A stretch of DNA of 64,000 bases from the NCBI GenBank assembly GCA_963765765.1, contig CAVXYC010000010.1, positions 64,001 to 128,000 of the forward strand, in the 5' to 3' direction. This document shows, piece after piece, positions 29,244-39,929 of the stretch (positions within the stretch are counted from its first letter, which is position 1; each line of letters opens with the position of its first letter). A program made the position numbers and the translations under genes. The notes under the pieces are model-generated. The model worked only from the letters and a program-made list of their open reading frames with translations, was not told the origin of the DNA and did no database searches. This DNA comes from an uncultured Chloroflexia bacterium (GTDB lineage: Bacteria; Chloroflexota; UBA6077; JACCZL01).

Positions 29244-30836
29244 ATGACAGATTCCAAGATATTCAACGCTTCGGGCGGTCGCATCGTCACGGACGACCTT
29301 GACGCTCTTCTCGATGTCTTGCCGCCGCGTATCTCGCAGCCGCTTCTCCAAATCGAGCGACGAGAAGAGCTTCTCGAGGTGGTGATGGACCTTGGCCGTG
29401 AGCCTGAAGGTCGTTTCCCTGAACGTGAAGCGATTCTCTCAAGCGATCCGATCGTTCCCGAAGATCTCGAGTACGTAATTCATCGCATCGGGCTCTTTGG
29501 TGACGATAATCGCGCTGGAATCGAGCGCACACTCCACCGAATTTCGGCAATCCGCAACCGAGCGGACCGGATCGTTGGCCTTACCTGTCGCGTAGGTCGA
29601 GCCGTATTCGGCACGATCACGATCATCAGGGACCTCATTGAGTCAGGCCAGAGTGTGCTCATGATGGGCCGCCCGGGTGTCGGCAAAACCACCATGCTTC
29701 GAGAAGCGGCGCGAGTACTCGCCGACGACCTGAATAAGCGCGTAATCATCGTGGATACGTCCAACGAGATCGGCGGAGATGGCGATATACCGCATCCGGC
29801 GATCGGTCGTGCTCGGCGCATGCAGGTAAAGACACCGGCTTTGCAGCACTCGGTCATGATCGAAGCGGTCGAGAACCACATGCCCGAGGTGATCGTGATC
29901 GACGAGATCGGGACGGAACTCGAGGCGTTGGCATCTCGAACCATTGCGGAGCGCGGCGTCCAGCTCATCGCCACGGCTCACGGCAACACGCTCGAGAACC
30001 TCATCATGAATCCCACGCTGGCCGACCTTATCGGCGGCATCCAGACCGTGACGTTGAGCGATGAGGAAGCGCGGCGCCGTGGAACTCAAAAGTCGGTGCT
30101 CGAGCGCAAGGCGCCCCCCACGTTTGACATGGTCGTAGAGATTCAGGCGTGGGATCGCGTTCGGGTGCATGAAAACGTCGCGGACACCGTGGACGCTGTA
30201 CTACGCGGCCATTCGCCGGCGGCCGCGGTCCGCTCACGCGACGAGCATGGCGATGTGGTGGTCGAGCGCACGCCGCTACGGCGTACTTCGAACCTCACCG
30301 AGCTCGTTCCAGACAACCGCCATGCCGTGGGCGTTCCAATGACGCCGCGCGATATTCGAACCGCGCCGGGAAAGACGGTCCGGATTTATCCATTCGGCGT
30401 CAATCGCTCGAAGATTGAGCAGACGGCGCGGTCGCTCTCCTTGCCTGTCATCGTGGTAGAGGAAGTCGACGAAGCAGACGTAGCCATGACCCTCAAGCCC
30501 TACTACCGCCGCAAGCCGCAGCCATTGCGCGATGCGGAAGCCCGCGGGATCCCCATTTACGTGCTGCGGAGCAACAGTGGTGGTCAGATTGAAGAGGCGC
30601 TGGGCCGTGTTCTGCAGATGGACGTCACTCCCAATCAGGCTGCGCCCCGAGCACTGCAGGAAACGGAAGAGGCGATTGCTCGAGTGCTCGAGACGTCCGA
30701 GCCGGTGGAGCTATCGCCGCAGAATAGCTACATTCGCCGGCTCCAGCACGAGCTTGCCGGCCAGTACAGCCTTGGCTCTGAATCGATGGGTCGCGAGCCC
30801 TATCGACGAGTCCGAATCTTCAAGCCCGCGAGCTAA
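29244..30836 (+). CDS. SpoIIIAA/Ycf45-like AAA ATPase with C-terminal R3H domain
   Basis: MDLGREPE, RTLHRISAIRN, GRPGVGKTT, NHMPEVIVIDEIG, ELSPQNSYIRRLQHE. Confidence 0.92.
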   Translation: MTDSKIFNASGGRIVTDDLDALLDVLPPRISQPLLQIERREELLEVVMDLGREPEGRFPEREAILSSDPIVPEDLEYVIHRIGLFGDDNRAGIERTLHRISAIRNRADRIVGLTCRVGRAVFGTITIIRDLIESGQSVLMMGRPGVGKTTMLREAARVLADDLNKRVIIVDTSNEIGGDGDIPHPAIGRARRMQVKTPALQHSVMIEAVENHMPEVIVIDEIGTELEALASRTIAERGVQLIATAHGNTLENLIMNPTLADLIGGIQTVTLSDEEARRRGTQKSVLERKAPPTFDMVVEIQAWDRVRVHENVADTVDAVLRGHSPAAAVRSRDEHGDVVVERTPLRRTSNLTELVPDNRHAVGVPMTPRDIRTAPGKTVRIYPFGVNRSKIEQTARSLSLPVIVVEEVDEADVAMTLKPYYRRKPQPLRDAEARGIPIYVLRSNSGGQIEEALGRVLQMDVTPNQAAPRALQETEEAIARVLETSEPVELSPQNSYIRRLQHELAGQYSLGSESMGREPYRRVRIFKPAS

Positions 30837-30872
30837 GCAAAACTGCAGGCGCCTGACGAACCCCGGGCGCTG

Positions 30873-31214
30873 TTACCCCAGAAGCTGCTTGTTCGGCGAA
30901 TACGCTGTAGGCGTAAGAATCAGGCTCTCAACTTTTGCGACAATCGCGCCGGCTTTTTCCGTCTCCGCGCGGTCAGATTGCCACGCCGGGTCCGCCTGGA
31001 ATGCATTCCACTTCTCTTCTCGCTCTGCGAGGCTCTCCCACTCGAGGATGTAGAACATCTTGGCGTTGCTTCCATCGCCAATGGTGACATCCCAGAAAGC
31101 TACGGGTCGGATTCCATGGCGTGCGAAATGACCTAGCGTCATCGTCGAGAATCGTGTGTGCAGCCGCCCCAGTGATCCTGGCGTCACGTGATAGATGCGC
31201 AGCTCATGAACCAT
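30873..31214 (-). CDS. NIPSNAP-family protein
   Basis: HELRIYHVTPG, WESLAEREEKWNAFQADPAW, LTPTAYSP. Confidence 0.9.
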   Translation of the reverse strand: MVHELRIYHVTPGSLGRLHTRFSTMTLGHFARHGIRPVAFWDVTIGDGSNAKMFYILEWESLAEREEKWNAFQADPAWQSDRAETEKAGAIVAKVESLILTPTAYSPNKQLLG

Positions 31215-31343
31215 GACTATCTCCTCAAATCCGAATAGTGCGCATCATAGCAGTCAGTTTTGTGTGCAACGCGCTCTGGACTGCCGCGGTTGACCTGATG
31301 CGGGTGCTAGCGACGAGGCTATCGGCGGCACTATCCTTCCGGG

Positions 31344-31649
31344 ATGGCACTTGAACGCGTCTGGATTGGCGAAGTGGCCGCTGGGCATGAGGCGGATCAT
31401 GACAGCTTCGTGCAGTGGCTGCAGTCTGATGCAGGCGCACGCATGCTCCGACAGTACAGATTGAATCGTTATGAAATGCGACAGTCAGGCAACGGGCTTG
31501 CGGTCACAATGCAAGCCGAAGAGCCTCCGATCATTATTCATTTCCTGCGGAACCACGCAGCCTGGCCGGCGTTCTGGGAGTTTCGATCGAATACTCCGGC
31601 TGATGCACCGCCGGACGCGACACTTCGCTTCGAATGGGCAAAACAATGA
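31344..31649 (+). CDS. Hypothetical protein
   Basis: Plausible 101-aa ORF at the head of the SDR/amidohydrolase operon. Confidence 0.6.
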   Translation: MALERVWIGEVAAGHEADHDSFVQWLQSDAGARMLRQYRLNRYEMRQSGNGLAVTMQAEEPPIIIHFLRNHAAWPAFWEFRSNTPADAPPDATLRFEWAKQ

Positions 31650-31665
31650 CGCTTGAGAGGGCACT

Positions 31666-32436
31666 GTGGACCTGGGGTTAAGAGGCAAGGTCGCCATTGT
31701 CACGGGGGGGAGCCGTGGGTTGGGGAAGGCCGCGGCAACGTCACTGGCCCAGGAAGGAGCGTTGGTCTTTATCTGCGCTCGAGGCAAGGAGACGCTCGAT
31801 CAAACGCTCATGGAGCTATCCTCGGCGGAACTCGCGCTACGCGGAGGAGTCGCGGACGTGACGACGGTGGAGGGCTGCGATCAGGTCGTCAAGGGGGCGG
31901 TGGAAGCCTTTGGCGGCGTCGACATTCTGGTCAACAACGTTGGCGGCGGACAGGGACCGTCGGCCATTGGCTCAAGCGACAATGAATGGCAGCAATCGCT
32001 TGACCTGACGCTGTTTCCGTCGTTGCGAATGAGCCGACTGTGCGTGCCGATCATGAAGGAGCGCGGTGGGGGTGTCATTCTCATGATTGCCTCGATTTTT
32101 GGCCGCGAGTCGGGCGGCCGAGCAACGTACAACGCCGTCAAAGCCGCGGAGATAAGCCTTGCAAAGTCGATGGCGCGTGAGCTGGCCCCTGACAACATCC
32201 GAGTAAACAGCGTTGCGCCAGGCTCCATTCTGTTTCCCGGAGGAAGCTGGGAGCGTCGCCAACAAGCCGACCCCGCCGCTATCCAGAAAATGATCGAAGA
32301 CGACCTTCCGTTTGGCCGATTTGGCAGAGCCAACGAGGTAGGGGACGTGGTGGCATTTCTCGCGTCCACGCGGGCAAGCTGGATAGCCGGAGCCTCCGTT
32401 ACCGTCGACGGCTGTCAGTCTCGCTCACTCATTTAG
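31666..32436 (+). CDS. Short-chain dehydrogenase/reductase
   Basis: TGGSRGLG, NNVG, YNAVK, VAPG. Confidence 0.92.
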   Translation: MDLGLRGKVAIVTGGSRGLGKAAATSLAQEGALVFICARGKETLDQTLMELSSAELALRGGVADVTTVEGCDQVVKGAVEAFGGVDILVNNVGGGQGPSAIGSSDNEWQQSLDLTLFPSLRMSRLCVPIMKERGGGVILMIASIFGRESGGRATYNAVKAAEISLAKSMARELAPDNIRVNSVAPGSILFPGGSWERRQQADPAAIQKMIEDDLPFGRFGRANEVGDVVAFLASTRASWIAGASVTVDGCQSRSLI

Positions 32437-32445
32437 GGGAACACT

Positions 32446-33632
32446 GTGGCAACCACCGTTACTGAAGTTATAGGCAACATCAATGACGAGCTAATCGGGA
32501 TTCGACGTGATATTCATGCGCATCCGGAGCTTTCATTTGAAGAGCACCGCACCGCACAGATCATTGCTGATCGTCTCTCCGCGCTCGGGTGCGCGGTGCG
32601 GACCGGTGTTGGGGGCACTGGCGTCGTCGGCCTGCTCAAGGGCGGCCGTCCTGGCAAAACGGTTGCGCTACGGGCGGATATCGATGCACTCCCGATTGTG
32701 GAGATCAACGAGGGCGGCTATCGCTCGCAAACCGACGGTGTCATGCACGCGTGCGGGCACGATGGCCACGTTGCCGGACTTCTGGGGGCCGCGGAGGCGC
32801 TTCACGCCGTGCGCGATTCGCTGACTGGAGATGTGCTGCTGCTCTTCCAGCCCGCCGAGGAGCGAGCCGGTGGGGCGAAGCCAATGATCGATGACGGCGC
32901 CCTACAGGATCCTCGGCCAGATGCGGTATTCGGTGTCCACATATGGAACAATCTGCCCGCCGGCGTCATCGGCGTGAAACCGGGTCCGATCTTCGCAGCG
33001 GCTGACGAAGTGGAGATTACGATCAAGGCACCGGGAGGACACGGCGCGATGCCGCATCAGACTGTGGACCCAATAGTCGTTGCTGCTCAAGTGATCCAGG
33101 CGCTTCAGACGATGGTATCGCGCGAGACGTTCGCCCTTCGATTCCACCGTAGTGAGCATTTGCAGCGTCCACGGTGGAAGCGCATTCAACATCATTCCGC
33201 CTGAAGTCCGACTACTGGGAACGGTTCGAACCTTCGACGAGGAGATTCAGGCTCGCTTGAAACGTCGAATCGAAGAGATGGTTCATGGCATCACGCGATG
33301 GCGCGGGCGCCGACTACGCGTTTCGATACGATGCTCCATGTCCACCGGTTGTCAACGATGATGCTCTGGCCGGATTCATTCGCGATGTCGCCGAAGACGA
33401 GTTCGGAACTGACCGGGTTGTGACACCGCTTCCAACTACTGGGGGCGACGACATGTCATATTTCCTGAAGGAAGTGCCGGGCGTCTACTTCTTCGTAGGC
33501 GGATCCAATACTGACCGCGGATTGAGTTACCCGCATCACAATGCTCGGTTCGATTTCGACGAAATCGCGATTACGGCCACGGCCCGAGCTCTTGCTCGAG
33601 CCGCCCAGGAGTATCTCGCGCGGGCGACTTGA
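32446..33632 (+). CDS. M20D amidohydrolase (AbgB/HipO-like); two frameshifts (~33130, ~33300)
   Basis: HAHPELSFEE, RADIDALP, MHACGHDGH, FQPAEE, GGHGAMPH, AFNIIP, GGDDMSYF, PHHNARFDFDE. Confidence 0.9.
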
Positions 33633-33865
33633 GCTGCTGAAGCTTGAGGCATATTTCCTCGGGCGCGTCAGTCAACGATGTGCGGAAGAAGGGTTCTGAA
33701 GAGTTCATTGTCTGCTATCATTTGCATAGCATTGACGAGCATTTTACCCACCGAAACCATGGGAGCTGCCGCAGCCGGATGCGGTCGGACAGTTCACCCA
33801 CCCATCGCCAATCATCACCGACGCTTCAGCCTGAAGCGTCGGTTCCTTTTATCCGAAATTTTTGA

Positions 33866-35533
33866 GTGCCGAGCGTGAGCAGGCCTCACCAGGGAGGGCG
33901 ATTGACGAAATATATTTTTGTGAGCGGCGGTGTGGTGTCGTCTGTTGGAAAGGGCATTACAGTCGCCTCACTGGGGCGGCTGCTCAAGAGCCGCGGAATC
34001 TCCGTATCCGTCGTCAAGCTCGACCCTTACCTGAACGTCGATCCTGGCACGATGAGTCCGTATCAGCATGGTGAGGTCTTCGTGACTGACGATGGGGCCG
34101 AGACAGACCTCGATCTGGGCCACTATGAGCGGTTCATCGACGCGAATCTCGGTAAGTCGAGCAATGTAACTACTGGTCAGATATACACGGGTGTGTTGGC
34201 CAAGGAGCGCAAAGGCGACTACCTGGGCGGCACGATCCAGGTCGTTCCGCACATCACAAACGAGATCAAGGACCACATCATCCACGTGGGTACCCAGGGT
34301 GGGGCTCAGGTCGTGATTGTGGAAGTGGGCGGCACGGTTGGCGACATCGAGTGTCAGCCGTTTCTCGAGGCTATTCGACAGATTCACCGTGAGCTTGGAC
34401 CAGGTCAGACGCTGTTCGTTCACGTCACGCTGCTGCCTTTTGTAGGGCCAACCCGTGAGCTTAAGACGAAGCCCACCCAGCACAGCGTTAAAGAGCTTCG
34501 AAGCATTGGCATCCAACCGGATGTCATCGTGGCTCGTTCGGACTACCCGGTCGACCAGGATCTCATCGACAAAATTGCACTTTTCTGTGACGTCGATCGA
34601 GAAGGTGTGGTTCCTCTAGAAACAGCGGACACCATTTACGCGGTGCCCATCGTTCTGAATCGCGCAGGTCTGGACGACTTCGTGGTTCGGAGATTGGAGC
34701 TGCCTGCGGGGACCGCCGATCTGGCGGAATGGCGGGACCTCGTAATTAAAGCCCGCGGCGGCAGCCGCACACTGCGAATTGGCGTGGTGGGCAAGTACAT
34801 CGATCTCGAGGACGCCTACATTAGCGTGCGCGAAGCACTCAATCACGCCGCGTGGTTCCATGACTGTCGACTGGACATTCGTTGGATCCACTCGGAGCTA
34901 CTCGAGAAAGATCCTGAAGCAAGTGCGTTGGATGGACTCGACGGCATTGTGGTTCCTGGCGGGTTTGGCTATCGGGGCGTTGAAGGGAAGATCAGGGCAG
35001 CCCGTTACGCACGCGAGCGCGGAGTCCCGTATCTTGGCTTGTGTCTTGGGATGCAGGTGATGGTCATCGAGCTGGCTCGTACCGTAGTGGATTCTGACCT
35101 GCCCAATAGCACCGAGTTCGACAAGGTGACACCATATCCTGTCATTGACTTGATGGCTGAACAGCGTGACGTCTCAGACAAGGGTGGGACCATGCGCCTG
35201 GGCGTTTACCCTTGCCATTTGACTGCGGGAACCCGAGCTGGGAGCGCCTACGACCTGGAGGTCGTGGACGAACGGCATCGCCATCGATTCGAGCTCAACA
35301 ACGAGTTTCGAGAGATGCTCGAAAACGCGGGCATGGTCTTCAGTGGCGAATATCTGGAGCGGAATCTCGTAGAGATCGCCGAGATTAGCGGTCATCCGTG
35401 GATGGTAGGAACGCAGTTTCATCCAGAGTTCAAGTCACGGCCAAACCGTCCGCATCCGCTGTTTCGAGACTTCGTCGGCGCTTGCGTCCGACAGCTAAGC
35501 GATGTCCGGGATGACGCTGCGGCGAGGGTTTAG
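33866..35533 (+). CDS. pyrG: CTP synthase
   Basis: KYIFVSGGVVSSVGKG, HGEVFVTDDGAETDLDLGHYERF, GLCLGMQ, QFHPEF. Confidence 0.98.
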   Translation: MPSVSRPHQGGRLTKYIFVSGGVVSSVGKGITVASLGRLLKSRGISVSVVKLDPYLNVDPGTMSPYQHGEVFVTDDGAETDLDLGHYERFIDANLGKSSNVTTGQIYTGVLAKERKGDYLGGTIQVVPHITNEIKDHIIHVGTQGGAQVVIVEVGGTVGDIECQPFLEAIRQIHRELGPGQTLFVHVTLLPFVGPTRELKTKPTQHSVKELRSIGIQPDVIVARSDYPVDQDLIDKIALFCDVDREGVVPLETADTIYAVPIVLNRAGLDDFVVRRLELPAGTADLAEWRDLVIKARGGSRTLRIGVVGKYIDLEDAYISVREALNHAAWFHDCRLDIRWIHSELLEKDPEASALDGLDGIVVPGGFGYRGVEGKIRAARYARERGVPYLGLCLGMQVMVIELARTVVDSDLPNSTEFDKVTPYPVIDLMAEQRDVSDKGGTMRLGVYPCHLTAGTRAGSAYDLEVVDERHRHRFELNNEFREMLENAGMVFSGEYLERNLVEIAEISGHPWMVGTQFHPEFKSRPNRPHPLFRDFVGACVRQLSDVRDDAAARV

Positions 35534-35714
35534 GTCAGGTAACCGCGAGTTGGGGTGCGACTGGTTTTGTCAACTTGGTGGGGCGCCAACAAGCCGCTGT
35601 AACTTGAGCGATGGCTGCGTGAGACGGTAGAGTAGTCGCGTAAATGAGTCGGAGTCCGATCAATTAGTCAACGCGCACAGGTTAGTCGGGACATTGTCAG
35701 AGGAGTCGTAAGAG

Positions 35715-36173
35715 ATGGCTCTAGATGTTGGAGCACAGGCCCCAGATTTCACCTTGCCGGCGCACACCGGCGAGGATGTATCGCTCAGTGGCCTTCGGGG
35801 AAAGAAGGTCATTATCTTCTTTTTTCCGCGTGATTTCACCGCTGGTTGAACGAATGAAGTGACCGTCTTTACGACGGTAAGCGACAAGGTACATGCCGAA
35901 GGTGGCGAGATCCTTGGTATTAGTGTGGATCACGTCCCCAGTCACAAAGCCTGGGCGGAGAACCTGGGCGGTGTGCCGTTCCCCCTCGTTGCGGATTGGT
36001 TCCAGAACACCGCATCGGATTACGGCGTCCAGGACCCAGAGCGACGGGTGGCAAAGCGGGTAACGTACGTTCTCGATCGCGATGGCGTTGTCCGATTTGT
36101 GAATCCCGCGATGGATCCGCGAAGTCAGGATCATTACGACGCAATCATGAAGGCGTTCGACGATATCGAATAG
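35715..36173 (+). CDS. Peroxiredoxin (AhpC/BCP family) selenoprotein, Sec at codon 45 (TGA 35847-35849)
   Basis: AGGAG SD + ATG: MALDVGAQAPDFTLPAHTGEDVSLSGLRGKKVIIFFFPRDFTAG-TGA-TNEVTVF...ILGISVDHVPSHKAW...FPLVADW...KRVTYVLDRDGVVRF; TGA sits at the peroxidatic Cys of PxxxTxxC. Confidence 0.85.
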
Positions 36174-36198
36174 CCCTACCCGCTGAGCTTTTGTGAAC

Positions 36199-36226
36199 GA
36201 GATCCGCTCAAAGACGAGCGGATCTC
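36199..36226. terminator. 11-bp stem-loop downstream of the peroxiredoxin
   Basis: gagatccgctc-aaagac-gagcggatctc. Confidence 0.55.
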
Positions 36227-36283
36227 TCTCGTTCAGGTGCTACACATGTGTGTTTGGGACGACTCGATATAATCGAGGCACCC

Positions 36284-37387
36284 ATGTTGCGAATCTCCAG
36301 CACGCCATCTGAGCATGACTATGTCACGGTGCTCGCCGGGGGTAGTGGTACCCGTCTCTGGCCATTGAGCCGCTCGGCTCGTCCGAAACAGCTTCTTCCG
36401 CTGACCGGTGAGCGCTCCCTCATTCAAGACACGTTGAAGCGTCTTCGAATCGTCGTTCCGCCCGAGCGAACGCTCATTCTTACCGAGGCGTCCCACTCGG
36501 ATGAACTTCGAGAACATGCTTCGGAGATCCCGTCGGAGAACATCGTTGTAGAGCCCGCGCGTCGCGGTACGGCGGGGGCGCTCGCGCTGGGTGCATCGAT
36601 CATCCAGCGCCGCGACCCATTGGCTGTGATGGCGTCGGTCCATTCGGACGCTTACATTGCCGACGATCAAAAGTTCGCGGATACGCTCCTTGCAGCGTTG
36701 CGTGCGGCAGAGGCCAGTGAGACGCTGGTCACCCTGGGTATCCGCCCCTCCAGTCCATCGAGCCAGCTCGGGTACATTCAAGCGGCTGAGAAGCTGGGTG
36801 ATGTAGGGGCATTTGAGCTGCATCGCGTGGAGGAGTTCAAAGAAAAGCCGAACGTGGAGACCGCGAGGGAATATCTCGCAGCCGGGAACTACTATTGGAA
36901 TCCCGGCGTGTTCGTTTGGCTTACTCGAGTGATTCTCGAGGAATTTGGCATCCTGCAGCCGGGGATCGCCGATGTCCTTGGTAAGATCGATCCCGACCTC
37001 GGGACAAGTCGGCAAGCCTCCAGCCTTGGGAAGCTCTATCCAGAGGTCCCGTCAGTATCGATCGACAATGGGATCATGGAGCTCTCTAAGCGCGTCTCGG
37101 TCATCCCTGCAACCTTCGGCTGGGCGGACATTGGAAGCTGGTCAGAGCTCTACGACATCCTTGAAAAGGATGTGGACGGAAACGTGAGCGTGGGAAACCA
37201 TGTGCTCCTAGACTCAAAGAACGTCCTGGCCTTCTCGCACGGTCGCACAATTGCAACGGTCGGCTTGGATGATTTAGTCATCGTCGATACGGGGGATGCC
37301 ATCTTCGTGGCAAAGCGCAATCGCGCCGCTGAGTCGCGGCGCATCGTCGAAGTACTGCAGACGCAGGAGCGACACGAGCTTCTCTAG
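36284..37387 (+). CDS. manC: Mannose-1-phosphate guanylyltransferase
   Basis: LAGGSGTRLWPLSRSARPKQLL, EPARRGTA, FKEKP, YYWNPGVF, WADIGSW. Confidence 0.92.
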   Translation: MLRISSTPSEHDYVTVLAGGSGTRLWPLSRSARPKQLLPLTGERSLIQDTLKRLRIVVPPERTLILTEASHSDELREHASEIPSENIVVEPARRGTAGALALGASIIQRRDPLAVMASVHSDAYIADDQKFADTLLAALRAAEASETLVTLGIRPSSPSSQLGYIQAAEKLGDVGAFELHRVEEFKEKPNVETAREYLAAGNYYWNPGVFVWLTRVILEEFGILQPGIADVLGKIDPDLGTSRQASSLGKLYPEVPSVSIDNGIMELSKRVSVIPATFGWADIGSWSELYDILEKDVDGNVSVGNHVLLDSKNVLAFSHGRTIATVGLDDLVIVDTGDAIFVAKRNRAAESRRIVEVLQTQERHELL

Positions 37388-37461
37388 CGATTCTTGAGCT
37401 GACGACCGCTACGGGCAACATCAAAGAGTTAGAAGTCTTTGGCCAGGACGCCTTTACTTCC

Positions 37462-38427
37462 CTACCTCGTGGCACTTACCGGCCGAAACGTCATTCGTCT
37501 CCACAACTGCCCAATCTCGCCCTTTTCCCACGAGACGAGCAGTAAGCTGGCGTTAAAGATCGACGAATACGTACCGGCCGCCATACCTATGATGAGTGCC
37601 ATCACGAAGCTCTGAATCGTTACCCCGCCAAAGAGGCGAAGTGTAATGAGCGTCAAAAGCACGGTAATGGATGTGTTGATCGAGCGCGCCATGGTCTGCA
37701 TCAGGCTGTGATTGACAATACTGTCAAACGATTCGCCTTGATGTCTGATGATGTTCTCCCGTACCCGGTCAAATACTACGATGGTGTCGTGAACTGAGAA
37801 ACCGATCACAGTCAATACGGCTGTGATGAAGAGCGCATCGAGCTCCACATTGAAAAATCGACCGAGAATTGAGAAGACGCCTAATACCAGCAGCGCGTCG
37901 TGGACGAGCGCGAAAACGGCGCATGCCCCGTATCGCCACGATTGGGGCACTTTTCTGAAAGCCCACCAGAGGTAGAGCAGAATCCCAATGCAGGCCGCGG
38001 CAACCGCGAACAAGGAATGGCGAACGATTTCCTGGGCAATGAGGGGCGAGACAAAGTCAAACCCACGCACGTCTACAGAGCCAAACCTATCGGTGAACGC
38101 CTGGACCATCGTTTCACGCTCCGTGAGGCGTGCGCGATCATCCGCGGATTCGGTCGTCACGTTCTCAAACGGTCGAGTGCGTACGAGAAAGTCTCCCTCG
38201 CTGGTGCGCTGGATGACCGCCTCTGGATGGCCGATGTCCGCGAATGCCTGACGTAGGGCGCCCTGGTCGACTTCAGGAGGTAACCGAAGCGTCATGATGG
38301 TGCCACTCGTGAAATCGATACCCGGATGGAGTCCTCCGGGTAAGACGAGCGAGATGACTCCTGGGAGAATCAATAGGAGAGAGATGAGATAGAAGACCTT
38401 GCGGTGTGCGACGAAGTTAAAGTTCAC
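37462..38427 (-). CDS. secF: Protein translocase subunit SecF
   Basis: GIDFTSGT, ALVHD, GFSVHDTIVVFDRVREN, RSINTS, GTYSSIF. Confidence 0.97.
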   Translation of the reverse strand: MNFNFVAHRKVFYLISLLLILPGVISLVLPGGLHPGIDFTSGTIMTLRLPPEVDQGALRQAFADIGHPEAVIQRTSEGDFLVRTRPFENVTTESADDRARLTERETMVQAFTDRFGSVDVRGFDFVSPLIAQEIVRHSLFAVAAACIGILLYLWWAFRKVPQSWRYGACAVFALVHDALLVLGVFSILGRFFNVELDALFITAVLTVIGFSVHDTIVVFDRVRENIIRHQGESFDSIVNHSLMQTMARSINTSITVLLTLITLRLFGGVTIQSFVMALIIGMAAGTYSSIFNASLLLVSWEKGEIGQLWRRMTFRPVSATR

Positions 38428-39836
38428 GCTCGACCTCCGGCGACGCCTGGGATGGCCGGGCGTTGCTGTTCAGGACGATCGTGAAGCTCAATGCCAAAGA
38501 GCGTCGGGTTTTCGGTCCACGATTGACCGATAGCAGTACGAAGCAAGCTTCTCGTGACCACGATCGCTGAAAACATGCTTACCATCACACCGATCGCCAG
38601 CGTAAAGGCAAATCCCATGACAAGGCTAGCGCCAAAATTTGATCCGAACCAATAGAGAAGACCGCAAGTGATGAGCGTCGAGACGTTCGAGTCGCGGATT
38701 GATGACCAGGCGCGATCGAATCCGGCCTCGATAGCCCCTCCTACTGAACGGCCCCAGCGTATTTCTTCACGCATGCGCTCAAAGATGAGAATGTTCGCGT
38801 CCACCGCCATACCAATCGAGAGAATGAAACCGGCGATGCCCGCGAGGGTCAAGGTGACCGGAATGAGCTTAAAGATCGCCAGCGTGATCAAGGTATAGAC
38901 GAGCAGAGCGCCCGTGGCCATCAAGCCCGGTAGTCGGTAGTACAGCACCATGTAGAGTGCTACGACGCCGAGGGCGATCTCTCCCGCGACGATCGAGCGC
39001 CGTACAGAGTCAGCGCCGAGCGTCGCGTCGACGCTGCGTTCCTGCTCGATGCTGATCGGTACAGGCAATGCACCTGCGTTCATCTGGATAGCCAGCGTTT
39101 TCGCTTCGCTCAAATCCACGCCCGTAATCACGCCGTTTCGGCTGATGACCTGCTGGACGGTTGGCGCGGAGACGAGCTGACCATCCAGGAAGATTCCGAG
39201 TGGTCGACCGATCAGCCGCGAGGTGAGCTGCTCGAAGAGCCGCGAGCCCTCGTCGTCAAACTCGAATGCCACCTGTGGCCGGTTCGTGCGCTGATCGAAC
39301 ACGACCTGCGCGTTCGGCCTGAAGTATTTTCCCGTGAGCTCCTTCTCTGTACCGTCGAACCCCGTTCCCGTGGCAATCTTCCAGTTGTTGCTACCGGGTG
39401 GGTCCTGCTCTCGGAAATCGAGCTGAGCCGTTTGCCCAATGAGCCGTTTCGCCTCCTCGATATCGCGCACGCCAGGAAGCTCAACGATCACGCGATCATT
39501 CCCCTGAATCTGAATGACCGGCTCTGCTACACCGTACGCGTTGACGCGCCGCTCTATCACTTGGACGACACCGCCAAGAGCATTAGCTCGATCGCCTTCA
39601 TCGACTTTTGAGAGGTCCGAGAGAAGCACGAGCTGCGTGCCGCCTTGAAGATCGAGGCCCAGACGAGCGCCCTGTCGATCAAACGACTGCTGTCCGAAGC
39701 GTAGGTGAATACCTGGATTCCCGGGCAATGCATCGCCGCCAGGTATGTAGTGGCCGGGATTCTGCGGCCAGCTCACCCAGCCTGCGCAGATCGTGACGAG
39801 CGCAATGAGAAGAAGCGTCCAGCGGTGGCGATTCAA
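38424..39836 (-). CDS. secD: Protein translocase subunit SecD
   Basis: LGLDLQGG, RRVNAYGVAEP, GALPVP, GMAVDANILIFERMREE, DSNVSTLI. Confidence 0.97.
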   Translation of the reverse strand: MNRHRWTLLLIALVTICAGWVSWPQNPGHYIPGGDALPGNPGIHLRFGQQSFDRQGARLGLDLQGGTQLVLLSDLSKVDEGDRANALGGVVQVIERRVNAYGVAEPVIQIQGNDRVIVELPGVRDIEEAKRLIGQTAQLDFREQDPPGSNNWKIATGTGFDGTEKELTGKYFRPNAQVVFDQRTNRPQVAFEFDDEGSRLFEQLTSRLIGRPLGIFLDGQLVSAPTVQQVISRNGVITGVDLSEAKTLAIQMNAGALPVPISIEQERSVDATLGADSVRRSIVAGEIALGVVALYMVLYYRLPGLMATGALLVYTLITLAIFKLIPVTLTLAGIAGFILSIGMAVDANILIFERMREEIRWGRSVGGAIEAGFDRAWSSIRDSNVSTLITCGLLYWFGSNFGASLVMGFAFTLAIGVMVSMFSAIVVTRSLLRTAIGQSWTENPTLFGIELHDRPEQQRPAIPGVAGGRA

Positions 39837-39929
39837 TCTGCCAACTCCGAGTCGAGGCTAACTTGTGAATTCTATACCTTGGCCGCTCGTGCCACCTCAA
39901 TTTTCACGTCCGTGCTGCTAGGGAGAGGA

